Program-made: the position numbers and the translations under genes | Notes under the pieces: generated by a model | Told to the model about the DNA's origin: nothing | The model's database searches: none | What the model saw: only the letters and a program-made list of their open reading frames with translations | From: a virus | Lineage: Duplodnaviria; Caudoviricetes | IMG/VR virus record: IMGVR_UViG_3300037313_001338 | Coordinates: 1-54,287 of that record | Length of the DNA: 54,287 bases | Strand: one strand, 5' to 3' | Shown: positions 17,745-27,440 of the stretch, one piece after another | Layout of the letters: each line of letters opens with the position of its first letter | Numbering within the stretch: the stretch's first letter is position 1

Positions 17745-19108
17745 GCCTCGGCGTCCATCTCAACGTAGGCTCCGAAGGCGGCGAACTTGGCGTCGTCGCT
17801 GCAGCGGAACCGGAAGGCCATCTGTCGGGCCTGACCCTGACCGCCGAACAGCACGCGTTTGGTGACGCCCTGCTTACCCAGCCGCCGCACCTTCGCGCCG
17901 GTCCAGACCTGGCCATCCTTGCTGCGCTCGCAGAGGATGCGCGGATCCAGGGTGGGCGAGCCGACGCCGGTCTGGCACACCAGCTCCACTTCCGTGACCG
18001 TGAAGCGCTTGCCCTGCATCCAGCCGAACGGGGTGACGATCTCCCGAAGCTGCGGGTCGCCGTCGTCGGTGTAGGTCGTGTCGGAGAGCTCGAAGATCTT
18101 GCCCTCCGTGGCCGAGCCGAACAGCAGCTTGCCGTAGCAGCTGATCAGGTGGCGGCCGCGCCACGTCCCGTCCTCATGGCTCTCCTCGTCGTGCCAGCGG
18201 TCCGTGGTCTGATCGTAGACCACGCACCCATCGGGGTTGCGGAGCTTCACGAACAGGTGGTGGTCCCAGACATAGGTCGAGGCGACCGTAAGGCTGGGAT
18301 CGGCCCAAGCCTTGACGGTGCGGCCGACTGCGGCTGTCGAGACCAGCGTCGCGGTGAGGCCGTCCAGGCGACGCACGGTGAGGTCGTCGGCCAGCCAGAA
18401 CATGGTGTCGTTGGTGGTGGTGATCGCGTCGCGCCCGATCAGGCCAGTGTCGATCTTCAGTTCCTTGTAGGCGCTGAACGGGAACGCGGGATCGCCCGTG
18501 TTCTGCTGCGCCTCGAAGGTCTTCTTGCCGGCGAGCCACAGGGTATCCTTCAGCTTCACAGCCGCCACCAGCTTGTCCGGCTTCCATTCGGCCGAAGCGA
18601 AGTCGAGGGCGTCGTAATTCACCGGATCACGCAGCGCCGAGATGAACCACTGCTCGGTGTCCTGCTCGGTGAAGACGTAGAAGCCGTCGACATAGAGGAC
18701 GCTGGACGCCAAGGGCGCGTCGGGGTCGGTGACCACGCTGACCGCCGAGCCGTTCCAGACGAAGATGTGCCCGCCGGCCACCACGACGACATTCGTCCCG
18801 TCGCCGGCCATGCTGACATTGTCGGTTCCCGGGATCTGCCCCAGGTCGGTGCTCGTGCCTCCGGCCGCCATGCGGTAGAGACGGGTTCCGGCCACCACAT
18901 AGGCCTGCTCGCCCATCTCCATGCCGCCGCGGATCAAGTCCTCAAGACCGCTCGCCCAGGTCTTCAGCCCGCCCGTGCCGTAGATCGGTGTGGGCTCCTT
19001 GCCCTCCGGAACGACCTCCAAGTAGCAGTTCAGCAGGCGCTCGACGCTCTCGGCCGGCGCCTTGGCCTTGTCGGACTTCTTGCCGAGCGCAAGCGGGACG
19101 CGCGCCAT
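17741..19108 (-). CDS. Packaged-DNA stabilization/tail hub protein (P22 gp10-like)
   Basis: DGFYVF, DALDFASAEWKPD motifs; size and synteny. Confidence 0.88.
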   Translation of the reverse strand: MARVPLALGKKSDKAKAPAESVERLLNCYLEVVPEGKEPTPIYGTGGLKTWASGLEDLIRGGMEMGEQAYVVAGTRLYRMAAGGTSTDLGQIPGTDNVSMAGDGTNVVVVAGGHIFVWNGSAVSVVTDPDAPLASSVLYVDGFYVFTEQDTEQWFISALRDPVNYDALDFASAEWKPDKLVAAVKLKDTLWLAGKKTFEAQQNTGDPAFPFSAYKELKIDTGLIGRDAITTTNDTMFWLADDLTVRRLDGLTATLVSTAAVGRTVKAWADPSLTVASTYVWDHHLFVKLRNPDGCVVYDQTTDRWHDEESHEDGTWRGRHLISCYGKLLFGSATEGKIFELSDTTYTDDGDPQLREIVTPFGWMQGKRFTVTEVELVCQTGVGSPTLDPRILCERSKDGQVWTGAKVRRLGKQGVTKRVLFGGQGQARQMAFRFRCSDDAKFAAFGAYVEMDAEA

Positions 19109-19443
19109 CAGAAGTACTCGGCGCGCTGCTCTTCGCGCTGCTCGGAAGACTTCAGCGCCGCAATGTCGGCCCGCGCCTGCGCCTCGGCCGCCTCATAGCC
19201 CTTGCCGCCCCGGCCGAACGACGTGCAGGCCTGCGAGGCCACGTAGCGCATGTAGGGCAGCGTCACCGCATCGGGAACGGCGTCGCTGTCCCACCAGCAG
19301 AGGCCGAGTTCCGCCAGACGCGCCCGCGAGCCAGCGATGAACAGGTCCATGAGGGACGCCTGCTCAGGGCTGGGGTTCTCGGTCTCGTCGATCACGGTCA
19401 GGTGCGCCAGCACCAGCCGCCGGAACTCGGCCTGGTTCGCCAT
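19108..19443 (-). CDS. Head-tail adaptor (P22 gp4-like)
   Basis: Synteny; ends in EYF. Confidence 0.7.
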   Translation of the reverse strand: MANQAEFRRLVLAHLTVIDETENPSPEQASLMDLFIAGSRARLAELGLCWWDSDAVPDAVTLPYMRYVASQACTSFGRGGKGYEAAEAQARADIAALKSSEQREEQRAEYF

Positions 19444-19449
19444 CTCGGC

Positions 19450-19866
19450 CTACTCGTCACCGACTTCGAACTTGGCGGCCTCTAGGGCCTCGCGCAGCTT
19501 GCGCACGCCCCAGCGCCGGTCGAACTTGACCGCGTCGGGATGCTTCTGGGCCAAGGCGTCGAGCTCGTCGAGCAGCTGGTCCTTCTCGGCCGATTCCACG
19601 GGGCCGCCGGGCTGGCCGTCGCCGTCTTGGTCGAACGGATTGGCGCGGGCCGGCGAGAAGGCGGTGTCCGCCGCCGCCAGCGCGGCTTCGTCCGCAGCGT
19701 TCAGCGGCTCGTCAGAGACCTCAAAGGTGGGATTGCCGCCGAGCTTGGCCTGGACCTTCTCGTCGAGGTCGCTGACGTCGATGAAGACGCCCAGCGGGAA
19801 GGACTTGCCGGCGAAGCGAACGCGCCGCGGCGAGCCCTCGTCGACATCGATGTAACGAGCCTTCAT
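19450..19866 (-). CDS. Head-region hypothetical protein
   Basis: DQDGDG motif and C-terminal FDRRWGVRKLREAL helix-extension-helix-like motif; RBS AGGAG. Confidence 0.7.
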   Translation of the reverse strand: MKARYIDVDEGSPRRVRFAGKSFPLGVFIDVSDLDEKVQAKLGGNPTFEVSDEPLNAADEAALAAADTAFSPARANPFDQDGDGQPGGPVESAEKDQLLDELDALAQKHPDAVKFDRRWGVRKLREALEAAKFEVGDE

Positions 19867-19895
19867 CTGGCTCTCCTGTGATGGTGAAAGGGGGT

Positions 19896-20010
19896 CCTGG
19901 CTGGGGATCGTTGGCGGGTCAGATGAACCGGGTCTTCACCCGGCGCCGCGCGCCCACTTTGACGGGCGCAAGCCCGCACGATCCCCGGTTTAGTCTGTCC
20001 TCAGGCCAGG
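19896..20010 (-). ncRNA. Candidate multi-stem structured RNA
   Basis: Five nested complementary segments in an intergenic gap (see findings). Confidence 0.45.
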
Positions 20011-20057
20011 CGACCGGACAGGGAACTTGCGCGGCCTCCTAGAGTGGCCGCGCCGGG

Positions 20058-20480
20058 CTACTTCATGTAGCCGCGGAGCGCGATCTTGAACGCCGCCGCC
20101 TGCGCCGTGGCCGCAGCCGTGGAGCAGGTCAGCAGGATGTCGGTGTCGGCGGTGAACTCGTAGAGGAAGCCGGCGTCCTCCAGCGTGTTGGTCTCGCCGC
20201 CGGCTTGGCCCAGCGTGCTGGCCGCCAGGAAGCGGTCATCATCGCCAGAATCGCCGATCTTGAAGGCCAGCAGCGGCGTCCCGTTGGAGTCGCCGTCACC
20301 GATCCGGAACCGGAAGCCGGTGCAGACGAAGCCCTTCGGCACGCGCAGGATCGCCGAGGTCTTGTTCAGGGCCAGCGCGCCGGTGGCGAGCGTGCCCGAG
20401 TTGGTCAGGTCCACCGCGCCAAGGTACGAGCTGGAGCCCGGCTTCGGCTGGTTGGTCTGACGGTAGTCGAAGTCGGCCAT
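20058..20480 (-). CDS. Capsid decoration/cement protein
   Basis: Directly after the capsid gene; IGDSGDDDRFLAA motif. Confidence 0.7.
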   Translation of the reverse strand: MADFDYRQTNQPKPGSSSYLGAVDLTNSGTLATGALALNKTSAILRVPKGFVCTGFRFRIGDGDSNGTPLLAFKIGDSGDDDRFLAASTLGQAGGETNTLEDAGFLYEFTADTDILLTCSTAAATAQAAAFKIALRGYMK

Positions 20481-20558
20481 GGGACCGATCTCCTCTCAGA
20501 TGCGGGCCGGCCCCGTCAGGAGCCGGCCTCAGGTTTCATGGGGAAGGTCGGACCTGGC

Positions 20559-21638
20559 CTAGTCGGCGACGGCGGCGAAAAATCCTGAGACGATGCCGTT
20601 GTCCTTGGTCGTGCCGGTGTCGGTGTCCGTCGCCGTGCCGAAGCGCAGCTTGGCGAAGCCGTCCAGACCGTCGATGGCGGTGCCGTACTTGTCGCCGTAG
20701 TCGAACTCCTTCGTCACCGTCTTCCAACGGCGGCCGATGGCGTAGCCGATGGCCTGGGCGCCGAGGAGGTAGGCCGGGGCGACGTCGATGGAGCCGTTGC
20801 CCACGCCCGTGTAGAGGGGCATGTCCAGCAGTTCCTTGACGATCACGCCGTCCCACATCAGGTCGCCGCCCTCGAACAGGCGGGCGGCCTCGCCGGCGGC
20901 CGTGGTGTCGTCCAGCACGCCTTCAAGGTTGGCGCGCAGGTCACGATGCAGGTACTGGTGCACGTACATCACGTAGTAGCGCTTGCGGTTGCCCGGGTCG
21001 CGCACTGGACGCACCTTCGGCGAACCCAACTGCGCCATCCGCTTCATCAGCGAGATCGCGCTGCGGGTCAGGGTGTCGTTGGTCGAATCCACGTTCGCCA
21101 GGGACGAGGCGTGGTTGCCGGCCACGAGGTTCGCCTTGGCGGCGCCATAGAGGATGCGGTCCTGGTTGTTGGTCTGCCAGGTGTTGCGCTGGGTGGTGGT
21201 GGCGCTGGCGTAGGCGACGCCGTCGATGGAGCCCATCTCCGCGATGATCTTGTCGCGGGTGTTCTCCACGGACCAGGTCTTCAGCAGCGGCTTCATCGCG
21301 TCGCGCAGACCGATGGCGGAGAACTGCTCCTCGCTCTCGGACACGCGCACCGCGTGACGGCGCTTGGCGATGGTCACCTTGTGCGACCGGCTGACCATGT
21401 CCTCTTCTTTGCCTTCGAGGACGTCGCTGCCGGTCGTGGCCGCGTTCTTCAGGCGATTGATCAGCGCGAAGGTCACGCTGTCGCCCTTCTTCTTGGTGAG
21501 GTTCTCCTTCACCTGGATGATGGCGTTCGGAGACATGCCCATGATGTCGCCGAAGTCGACTTCGTCGATGTATTCCTCGAAGAAGTCGTCGTCCCACTGC
21601 TGAGGCGTGAGACCGGTCGCCGCGCGGGTATCCGCCAT
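20559..21638 (-). CDS. Major capsid protein (DUF4043/N4-gp56-like)
   Basis: LTKKKGDSVTF.L...L, LEGKEE, LLGAQA, DYG, KDNG motifs. Confidence 0.92.
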   Translation of the reverse strand: MADTRAATGLTPQQWDDDFFEEYIDEVDFGDIMGMSPNAIIQVKENLTKKKGDSVTFALINRLKNAATTGSDVLEGKEEDMVSRSHKVTIAKRRHAVRVSESEEQFSAIGLRDAMKPLLKTWSVENTRDKIIAEMGSIDGVAYASATTTQRNTWQTNNQDRILYGAAKANLVAGNHASSLANVDSTNDTLTRSAISLMKRMAQLGSPKVRPVRDPGNRKRYYVMYVHQYLHRDLRANLEGVLDDTTAAGEAARLFEGGDLMWDGVIVKELLDMPLYTGVGNGSIDVAPAYLLGAQAIGYAIGRRWKTVTKEFDYGDKYGTAIDGLDGFAKLRFGTATDTDTGTTKDNGIVSGFFAAVAD

Positions 21639-21705
21639 GGCTTAACCTTTCTGTCGATGAGATGCGGCGCTTCACAGCGCTGCGTGTTGGGAAGGGCCCC
21701 GACGG

Positions 21706-22599
21706 TCAGTCGAAGCTGTTGCGGAACTTCAGCGAGCCCGGCTGGAACCGCCCGGAGGGGTCTCGCGGCTGCGCGGAGCGCACCGTCGAGGCCGGGGGCG
21801 GAGGCGGGGCGCGCCGCATGGTGGGGGCCGCAGGAGCCGCGGGCGGATCACCGCCGGCCATCTCCTTCTGCAGCTCTTCGCGGATCCGCTGGCGTTCCTT
21901 TTCGCGCCACGCGGCCGGGTCGTCGCCGATCTCTTCGGCCAGCCGTTCGCGCTGGTAGTACGCGAAGGCGGCGCCCCAGGGGTCGGGCTGCCTGGTGAAG
22001 TGTTCCTCGAGGTCCGGACGCGTGGTCAGCCAGGTATGCACCTCATCGAAGGCGTCATTCCCGTGCTGCTGCCGCGCGAAGCGCTCGGACAGTCGAAGCG
22101 TGGTCGCCAGCTCGAAGGATTCGAACCGCTGGTTCTGCATCCGCTCGATGGCGTTGTAGTAGCCGACGGGGTCTTCCGCCGGGTTGGGGAGCTCGGGCGC
22201 GGGCCGCGGTTGCGGCTGGGTCTGAGGAGACGGCCGCCCGGTGGGCCGGCCCTCGGTTTCGGCGCGCAGGCGGGCGTTTTCCTGCCGCATGCGCTTCATG
22301 GCTTCCCGGTACCACTTGGGGCCCTTGTCCTCCTCGGAGGGGTCGGTAGTGGTCCGGTCTCCGGCGTCAGCGGCCGGGGCGCTTTCAGGCTTCGGAGCCG
22401 CCTGAGGGCTGGGGGCGGGCGTTGCCGCCGACGGCGCGGGGGCCGCCGGCGCATCGCCCTGGTCGTCATCCTCGTCCGGGGACCCGACTTCACGGTGCGG
22501 TTCATGGGCGCGCTGCGGCTGATGCCGGCGGCTCAGGAGGTCACCGAGGTTGGAATCGCCGGTCTCGGCCTCGCGGGCCGGTTCGATGGGTTCAGACAT
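21706..22599 (-). CDS. Capsid scaffolding protein
   Basis: Acidic Pro-rich, coiled coil, between portal and capsid; RBS CAGGA. Confidence 0.8.
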   Translation of the reverse strand: MSEPIEPAREAETGDSNLGDLLSRRHQPQRAHEPHREVGSPDEDDDQGDAPAAPAPSAATPAPSPQAAPKPESAPAADAGDRTTTDPSEEDKGPKWYREAMKRMRQENARLRAETEGRPTGRPSPQTQPQPRPAPELPNPAEDPVGYYNAIERMQNQRFESFELATTLRLSERFARQQHGNDAFDEVHTWLTTRPDLEEHFTRQPDPWGAAFAYYQRERLAEEIGDDPAAWREKERQRIREELQKEMAGGDPPAAPAAPTMRRAPPPPPASTVRSAQPRDPSGRFQPGSLKFRNSFD

Positions 22600-22699
22600 T
22601 GGGTCCTGCGAAAGGAAAGCTGGCCGCCTCGCGACGCTCAGCATCTCGGCCAGTCCGGGCCGGGCGGATCAGCCCCAAAGCGGGGCGAATTGCGTAGTC

Positions 22700-22813
22700 T
22701 CAGACCGGCACGCGCACGCTAAGCGCGGCGCACAGCCACACGGCGCCGAAGCCAAGGCCCAGCGCAGCGGCGGCGTAGAGGGTCAAAAGCGCGAACTCCC
22801 GATCTCCCCTCAC
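22700..22813 (-). CDS. Small membrane protein, 37 aa (MRGDREFALLTLYAAAALGLGFGAVWLCAAL...)
   Basis: Translated by hand; GTG overlaps the portal stop. Confidence 0.4.
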   Translation of the reverse strand: MRGDREFALLTLYAAAALGLGFGAVWLCAALSVRVPV

Positions 22814-24924
22814 GCCATTGCCCTCCCCGTCATCATCCCGCCCATCGGCGGACCCTCAGGCATCGGCCTTGGCGGGGGCGCTGGTGGCGGCTGCGGACCC
22901 TGCGGCGCACCCATGCCCTCCGGCTGCGGGATCGGCCCAGCCGGGCCGCCCTGCGGCGGCATCGGGCCGTCCCCAGCCAGGCCCTCGTCGCTGAGACCGT
23001 CCGATACGTCGGGACGCGGCGGCTCGACCACGGGCTGGGCGATCCGCGCCATGCGCTCCTCGCCGGCCGTGAGGTTGGAGTAGGTCCGCGAGCGGGTCTC
23101 GGCGATCTTCGCCTCCTCCATCTCGCGGCGGCGGCGCTCGGTATCCTGGGCCTCGGGGCTCGGTGGCTGTTGGCCCATCTGATCGATCATGTCGATCAGT
23201 TGCTTCTTGCGCTTCGACGCCAGGCCCGGGTGCATCTCAATGGCCAGCTTCAGCGCCGGCGGCGGCAGGCCGGCGGTCATCAGCTGCACGAAGGCCTGAT
23301 AGTTGTCGCCGTCGAGGCTGATGGTGTCCGGCGCGTCGCTGACCATGATGTCCATGTCCAGGCTGGCGACGTCATTGTGCAGCATCGGCTCGCCGTTATC
23401 GTTCACGGCCGGGTAGAGCTCGCCCAGCGGCTCACCCGCCTCGAACCGCTGCTTCCACTCGTGCTCGGGGGCCGCCTCGCCGGTGGCAGGGTCTTGGTAC
23501 ATGGGCTGGTTCAAGCCCACCCAGCGCGGGGTCTCGTCGTTATCCGTGACGCGGATCCACATGGGCGCGTCCCAGAACTGCTTGATCATCGAGGCCAGAG
23601 CACGGAACACCCGAAGGTCGAGCCGGCGCAGCACGTCCATCAGGTCCGACTGCTCGACCAGCCCGCCGGCCTGCTGCGCCTCAATGGCGCGACCCGACTG
23701 GTCCTGCACACCCTTGCCCAGCAGCGCCCCGTTCGGGCCCGCCTCGAGGATGTACTGCATGGCCTGCGCACCAAGCTGGGCTTGACCGGCCGCCAGGTCC
23801 GCGCCGTCGACCACCTCCAACGACTTGCCGGTGTTCTTGGTCAGCCAGAAGTCGGGCCGGGCGAGCTCGCGGCGCGCCTTGCCGATGTCGTCAACCGCGC
23901 CTTCGTCGGCGATCACGCCCTTTGTGTTCAGCAGGTGCAGCGCCTTGGAGCGGCGCTTGTTCACCTCGTCCTGCGGGTCGATCAGGTGGCGGATCTCGCC
24001 GAACCGGTTGTTCTCCCGGTCGACGTTGGCGCTCTCAATGATCCAGGGGCAGTAGCTTTCGCCGTCCTGGTCGACATAGGGCGCCACGGACTTGGCGAAG
24101 ATGCCCGCCTTGGTGAACTCGCAGTAGGTCCAGCCTTCGGCGCCCTGATGCCACATGAAGATCAGCCGCACGCGCTTGCGTTTGCGATCCGCCCAGACCA
24201 CGCGGTCCCGAGGCTTATCCTCGAAGATGCGGCCGCGACCGGGCGCAGACTGCATCGTGGTGTCCACGATCTGCTTCGCGCCGACCTCGTCGTACAGACC
24301 CCCGGCCACGATGCGCGCCACGGCCTGGTCCTGGTCGAGCCACACGACCTGACCGAAGTAGCGACTGTCGCTGAAGTCCGGCTTGGCGGAGTGCGGGTCG
24401 TAGAACAGCCGGTCCCACGGGATCGGCTCGATGCTGAATACCCAGCGGTTGCCCTTCTGTACGGCAGCGAGCTCCAGGCCGCCGAAGCCCTCGACGGTGA
24501 TGTTCTTCCACGCCGCGCTGCGCTTGGAGGGGTAGTCGGCCTGATCGGTGCAGTAGCGCAGGCCGTCCGTGAAGGCCTCCGCTGCCTGGACGTCCTCGGG
24601 GTTGTTGCGCGGATAGGCCTTCGGGTCGCGGCGCTGCTTCTTCTCCATGCCACCCAGGAAGGCGGCGCGGGAGCGCACGACGTTCAGCACGATCGGCGGC
24701 TGACCGCGCTTCTGCAGCGCGTCGACCTCTTCCTGGGTCAGCTGCTTGTTGTCGACGTAGTCGCGGTCGCGCTCGGACTTCTCGCGCGCCGGGCGCTGGG
24801 CCTCTTCCGCCTCCTCATAGCAGGCGAGGTAGCGGCGGAGTTCTTCTTCATCCGGCTCGGGCCCGTCCATGCGGCCGTCTTCGGCGTAGTGGTCGGCCAT
24901 CGGACCCATCGAGGCCGAGCCCAT
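22810..24924 (-). CDS. Portal protein (P22-like); start uncertain
   Basis: RGQPPIVLN, YDPHS...DFSD.RY, LIDPQDEVNKRRSK, SGRAIEAQQ. Confidence 0.93.
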   Translation of the reverse strand: MGSASMGPMADHYAEDGRMDGPEPDEEELRRYLACYEEAEEAQRPAREKSERDRDYVDNKQLTQEEVDALQKRGQPPIVLNVVRSRAAFLGGMEKKQRRDPKAYPRNNPEDVQAAEAFTDGLRYCTDQADYPSKRSAAWKNITVEGFGGLELAAVQKGNRWVFSIEPIPWDRLFYDPHSAKPDFSDSRYFGQVVWLDQDQAVARIVAGGLYDEVGAKQIVDTTMQSAPGRGRIFEDKPRDRVVWADRKRKRVRLIFMWHQGAEGWTYCEFTKAGIFAKSVAPYVDQDGESYCPWIIESANVDRENNRFGEIRHLIDPQDEVNKRRSKALHLLNTKGVIADEGAVDDIGKARRELARPDFWLTKNTGKSLEVVDGADLAAGQAQLGAQAMQYILEAGPNGALLGKGVQDQSGRAIEAQQAGGLVEQSDLMDVLRRLDLRVFRALASMIKQFWDAPMWIRVTDNDETPRWVGLNQPMYQDPATGEAAPEHEWKQRFEAGEPLGELYPAVNDNGEPMLHNDVASLDMDIMVSDAPDTISLDGDNYQAFVQLMTAGLPPPALKLAIEMHPGLASKRKKQLIDMIDQMGQQPPSPEAQDTERRRREMEEAKIAETRSRTYSNLTAGEERMARIAQPVVEPPRPDVSDGLSDEGLAGDGPMPPQGGPAGPIPQPEGMGAPQGPQPPPAPPPRPMPEGPPMGGMMTGRAMA

Positions 24925-24947
24925 CAGGCGTGAGCGGCGGTCGAGGT

Positions 24948-26363
24948 TCAAAGCACCTTCCATCCGTCGCGACCCTCCTGGCCATCATCCGCCCACTCGT
25001 CAGCGGGCTTCTCGCGGCGCTGCTCGGCGATCTTCACCGCCAGGCGGCTGTTGACCGCGTATTCGCCGAAGGCATCGGCGCCGTGGCTGTTCTCGTCGTG
25101 GAGCGGCTCGCCGTAGACTCCGAGCGACTTGTTGAACCGACGCCGGTAGTTGCGCAGCCGGTCGAGGCCGGTCTCGCAGGCCTTGGCGTCGAAACACACC
25201 ACGGGCATCAGCCGGCGGCTGGCGTTGATGCGGTCGGCAGGGTTGCGCGCCACCCCGACGTTGATCCGCTTCAGGCCCAAGGCCGTCAGCGTCTCCAGCC
25301 GGCTCTTCGCGCCCGCACCCCACTCGCGGTTCATCACGTCGTGCGGCAGGAAGTGGTTGCGGTAGGTGAACGGGACCGTCCGCCCGATCGCCTGCATCGC
25401 GTCCCGCCGCTCTATGGGGTCGGGGATCATCTCGGGCATGCACGCCCGTACGATCTGCTCGGCGCCCTCGCCGCTGGTCTCGAAGTAGGCGATGGCCCGC
25501 ACGCGGCGGCCGTTGTCCTGGAAGAACCAGACCGCCGAGTAGTCGTCGACCCCGATATCCCAGGCCGTGTCCACCGGCAGCCGGGCCACGTGGCCGAACT
25601 GGCCAATGCGGCCTTCGTCCTGCGCCTTGTGCAACTGCGGGCCGAAGTACGAGCCGGGAACCGCCGCCTCGAAGTCCACCAGGTATTCCTGGCGGAACTT
25701 CGCGTCCCCCTCCTCCTCGGAGCCGCACTCGTCGATGTACTGCTGGCGCTGCTTGTCCAGCTGGTCCAGGTCGAAAACGCCCGTCTGCAGGGCCGTCATC
25801 CGCTGGGTGAACCAGTTCGCCTTGTCGAGCTCGCGGCCCTCGAACGCCCGCGTCGCGTGGTTGCGGCCGCGCGGCGTCCAGATGAAGAGCGCCCAGCCCC
25901 CGCTCTCTTCGAGGATCGGGCTCATGTAGGTCCAAGCCTCAGGCTTGGCGAGCGACCACTCCGAGTAGACCACGCCGGCGAGCGAGGCGCCCACCAGGCG
26001 GTCATAGTTGTCGGAGCCCACGACCTGCCAGGACGATCCGTTCTTGAAGCGGATGAACATGTCCTGATCGCGCTTCTGCGCGCAGATCGCGTCGGGAAAG
26101 GCCTCGTCGATCCGACGCTTGCCCGTGTGCGGGTTCACTGCGTCCCAGATCGCCTTTCGGGCTTGGGCGTACTCGGGCAGGCAGTGCCAGTACGAACCGA
26201 CCCGCTGGAAGGCTGCGACCGCCGCCCAGTGCAGGGCCACGTCGTCCTTACCCCAGCGGCGGTGCGCCACCACGTCGGCGCGCTTGCCGCCGCCCTGAAG
26301 ATGCGACCAAAGGCTCCGCTGATAGTCCCGCGGCGCCCAGCCGTTCGGTATCCTGACGCGCAC
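24948..26363 (-). CDS. terL: Terminase large subunit
   Basis: Walker A HRRWGKD, Walker B VVYSE, TPRG, WDIG and HGADAF nuclease motifs. Confidence 0.95.
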   Translation of the reverse strand: MRVRIPNGWAPRDYQRSLWSHLQGGGKRADVVAHRRWGKDDVALHWAAVAAFQRVGSYWHCLPEYAQARKAIWDAVNPHTGKRRIDEAFPDAICAQKRDQDMFIRFKNGSSWQVVGSDNYDRLVGASLAGVVYSEWSLAKPEAWTYMSPILEESGGWALFIWTPRGRNHATRAFEGRELDKANWFTQRMTALQTGVFDLDQLDKQRQQYIDECGSEEEGDAKFRQEYLVDFEAAVPGSYFGPQLHKAQDEGRIGQFGHVARLPVDTAWDIGVDDYSAVWFFQDNGRRVRAIAYFETSGEGAEQIVRACMPEMIPDPIERRDAMQAIGRTVPFTYRNHFLPHDVMNREWGAGAKSRLETLTALGLKRINVGVARNPADRINASRRLMPVVCFDAKACETGLDRLRNYRRRFNKSLGVYGEPLHDENSHGADAFGEYAVNSRLAVKIAEQRREKPADEWADDGQEGRDGWKVL

Positions 26364-26368
26364 GCGAT

Positions 26369-26851
26369 CTAGGCGGCGTCGCCAAACTGCACGATCTCGA
26401 CCACCAGCCGGTCGCCGTTGGCGTCCGCGTGCTTCAGCTGGACCGCGTCGCCGTAGCGCTTCGGGTCCCACTTGGCGAGCAGCTTAAGGCGGGTCTCGAT
26501 GCGAAGCTTGGCCCGCTGCACGAACTCGGTGTTGCAGACCTCGCGCTCGTCTCCGCCGTCGCCCACCAAGCGCACATCGCCCGAGCTGTCGTCGGCGATC
26601 TCCAGGCATTCCGTCGCGATCACGTCGAAGCCGACTTCCCGCGCACGCGCGATAGCTTCGGAAAACTCAGGCTTTCCCTTCTGCCATTCCCACACCGTGG
26701 TGACCCCCGGCATCTTCGGGTCCCGGCAGATGGCCGCGAGCGGCTCACCCTCACAGAGCCGGCGAGCGATCTCGTCGGCGATCTCTTGCGTGAACTTCGA
26801 CGGGCGGCCTCGCTTGGCCTTCTCCGCCTTGGGCGTGCCTTTCGTGGGCAT
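26369..26851 (-). CDS. terS: Terminase small subunit
   Basis: GRPSKFT...GEPL..IC, KLRIETR.K...K..PK.YGD. Confidence 0.9.
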   Translation of the reverse strand: MPTKGTPKAEKAKRGRPSKFTQEIADEIARRLCEGEPLAAICRDPKMPGVTTVWEWQKGKPEFSEAIARAREVGFDVIATECLEIADDSSGDVRLVGDGGDEREVCNTEFVQRAKLRIETRLKLLAKWDPKRYGDAVQLKHADANGDRLVVEIVQFGDAA

Positions 26852-26904
26852 GTGCGGGTCTCACTGTCGCGGGGCCTTAGGCGCGTCCCGGTGGCGCTCG
26901 CGGC

Positions 26905-27240
26905 TCAGCAGCCGCAGGTGTCGTAGCGGTCTTGGCTCTTTGGCGAGCCGGCGCGGATCCTGATCGTGCGATCGACACCGCCCACAACGGATGTCAGGTC
27001 AGCGTAGCCGCAGTCCTGGATGTCGCTCAGGGTGAGCGTGACCTTGGCGCCGCTGATGGCTGGAGCCGACGCAGTGACGCCGGAGACGGCGACGGAGGGC
27101 GTGGTGGGCGCGGAGGGATACTCCACGGTGATCGCCACCTCTTCTCCATCGCGGATGTCGAAGCAGGCTTCGTTGCGGTGCGGGTCGTAGTGGCCGCCGT
27201 AGACGGCCAGGCCGCCTCGGGCCAGGACGGTGATGCGCAT
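26905..27240 (-). CDS. Hypothetical beta-rich protein
   Basis: Coupled start at MRITV; protein-like composition. Confidence 0.6.
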   Translation of the reverse strand: MRITVLARGGLAVYGGHYDPHRNEACFDIRDGEEVAITVEYPSAPTTPSVAVSGVTASAPAISGAKVTLTLSDIQDCGYADLTSVVGGVDRTIRIRAGSPKSQDRYDTCGC

Positions 27241-27434
27241 CACGCGGGGCCGACCACGCCAATGGGCCCGTCGACCTTCGCGCCAGTGCGCTCGACGAGG
27301 TCCGAGAACGCACGCTCGGCAGCCTGGGCGCCGGCGCGGATAACCCGGCGATGGGCTGCGCCAGCGGCGGCCTTCATGATCCGGTGGCCTGCACCGCTCA
27401 TCAGGTGGGCGCGACGGGATACGATCATGGCCAT
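27240..27434 (-). CDS. Hypothetical protein
   Basis: RBS GGAG; coupled stop. Confidence 0.5.
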   Translation of the reverse strand: MAMIVSRRAHLMSGAGHRIMKAAAGAAHRRVIRAGAQAAERAFSDLVERTGAKVDGPIGVVGPA

Positions 27435-27440
27435 CTCCGA

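Noticed and set aside
19896-20010. tRNA gene
   Set aside because: No T-loop GTTCRA, D-loop or 7 nt anticodon loop; kept only as a structured RNA candidate
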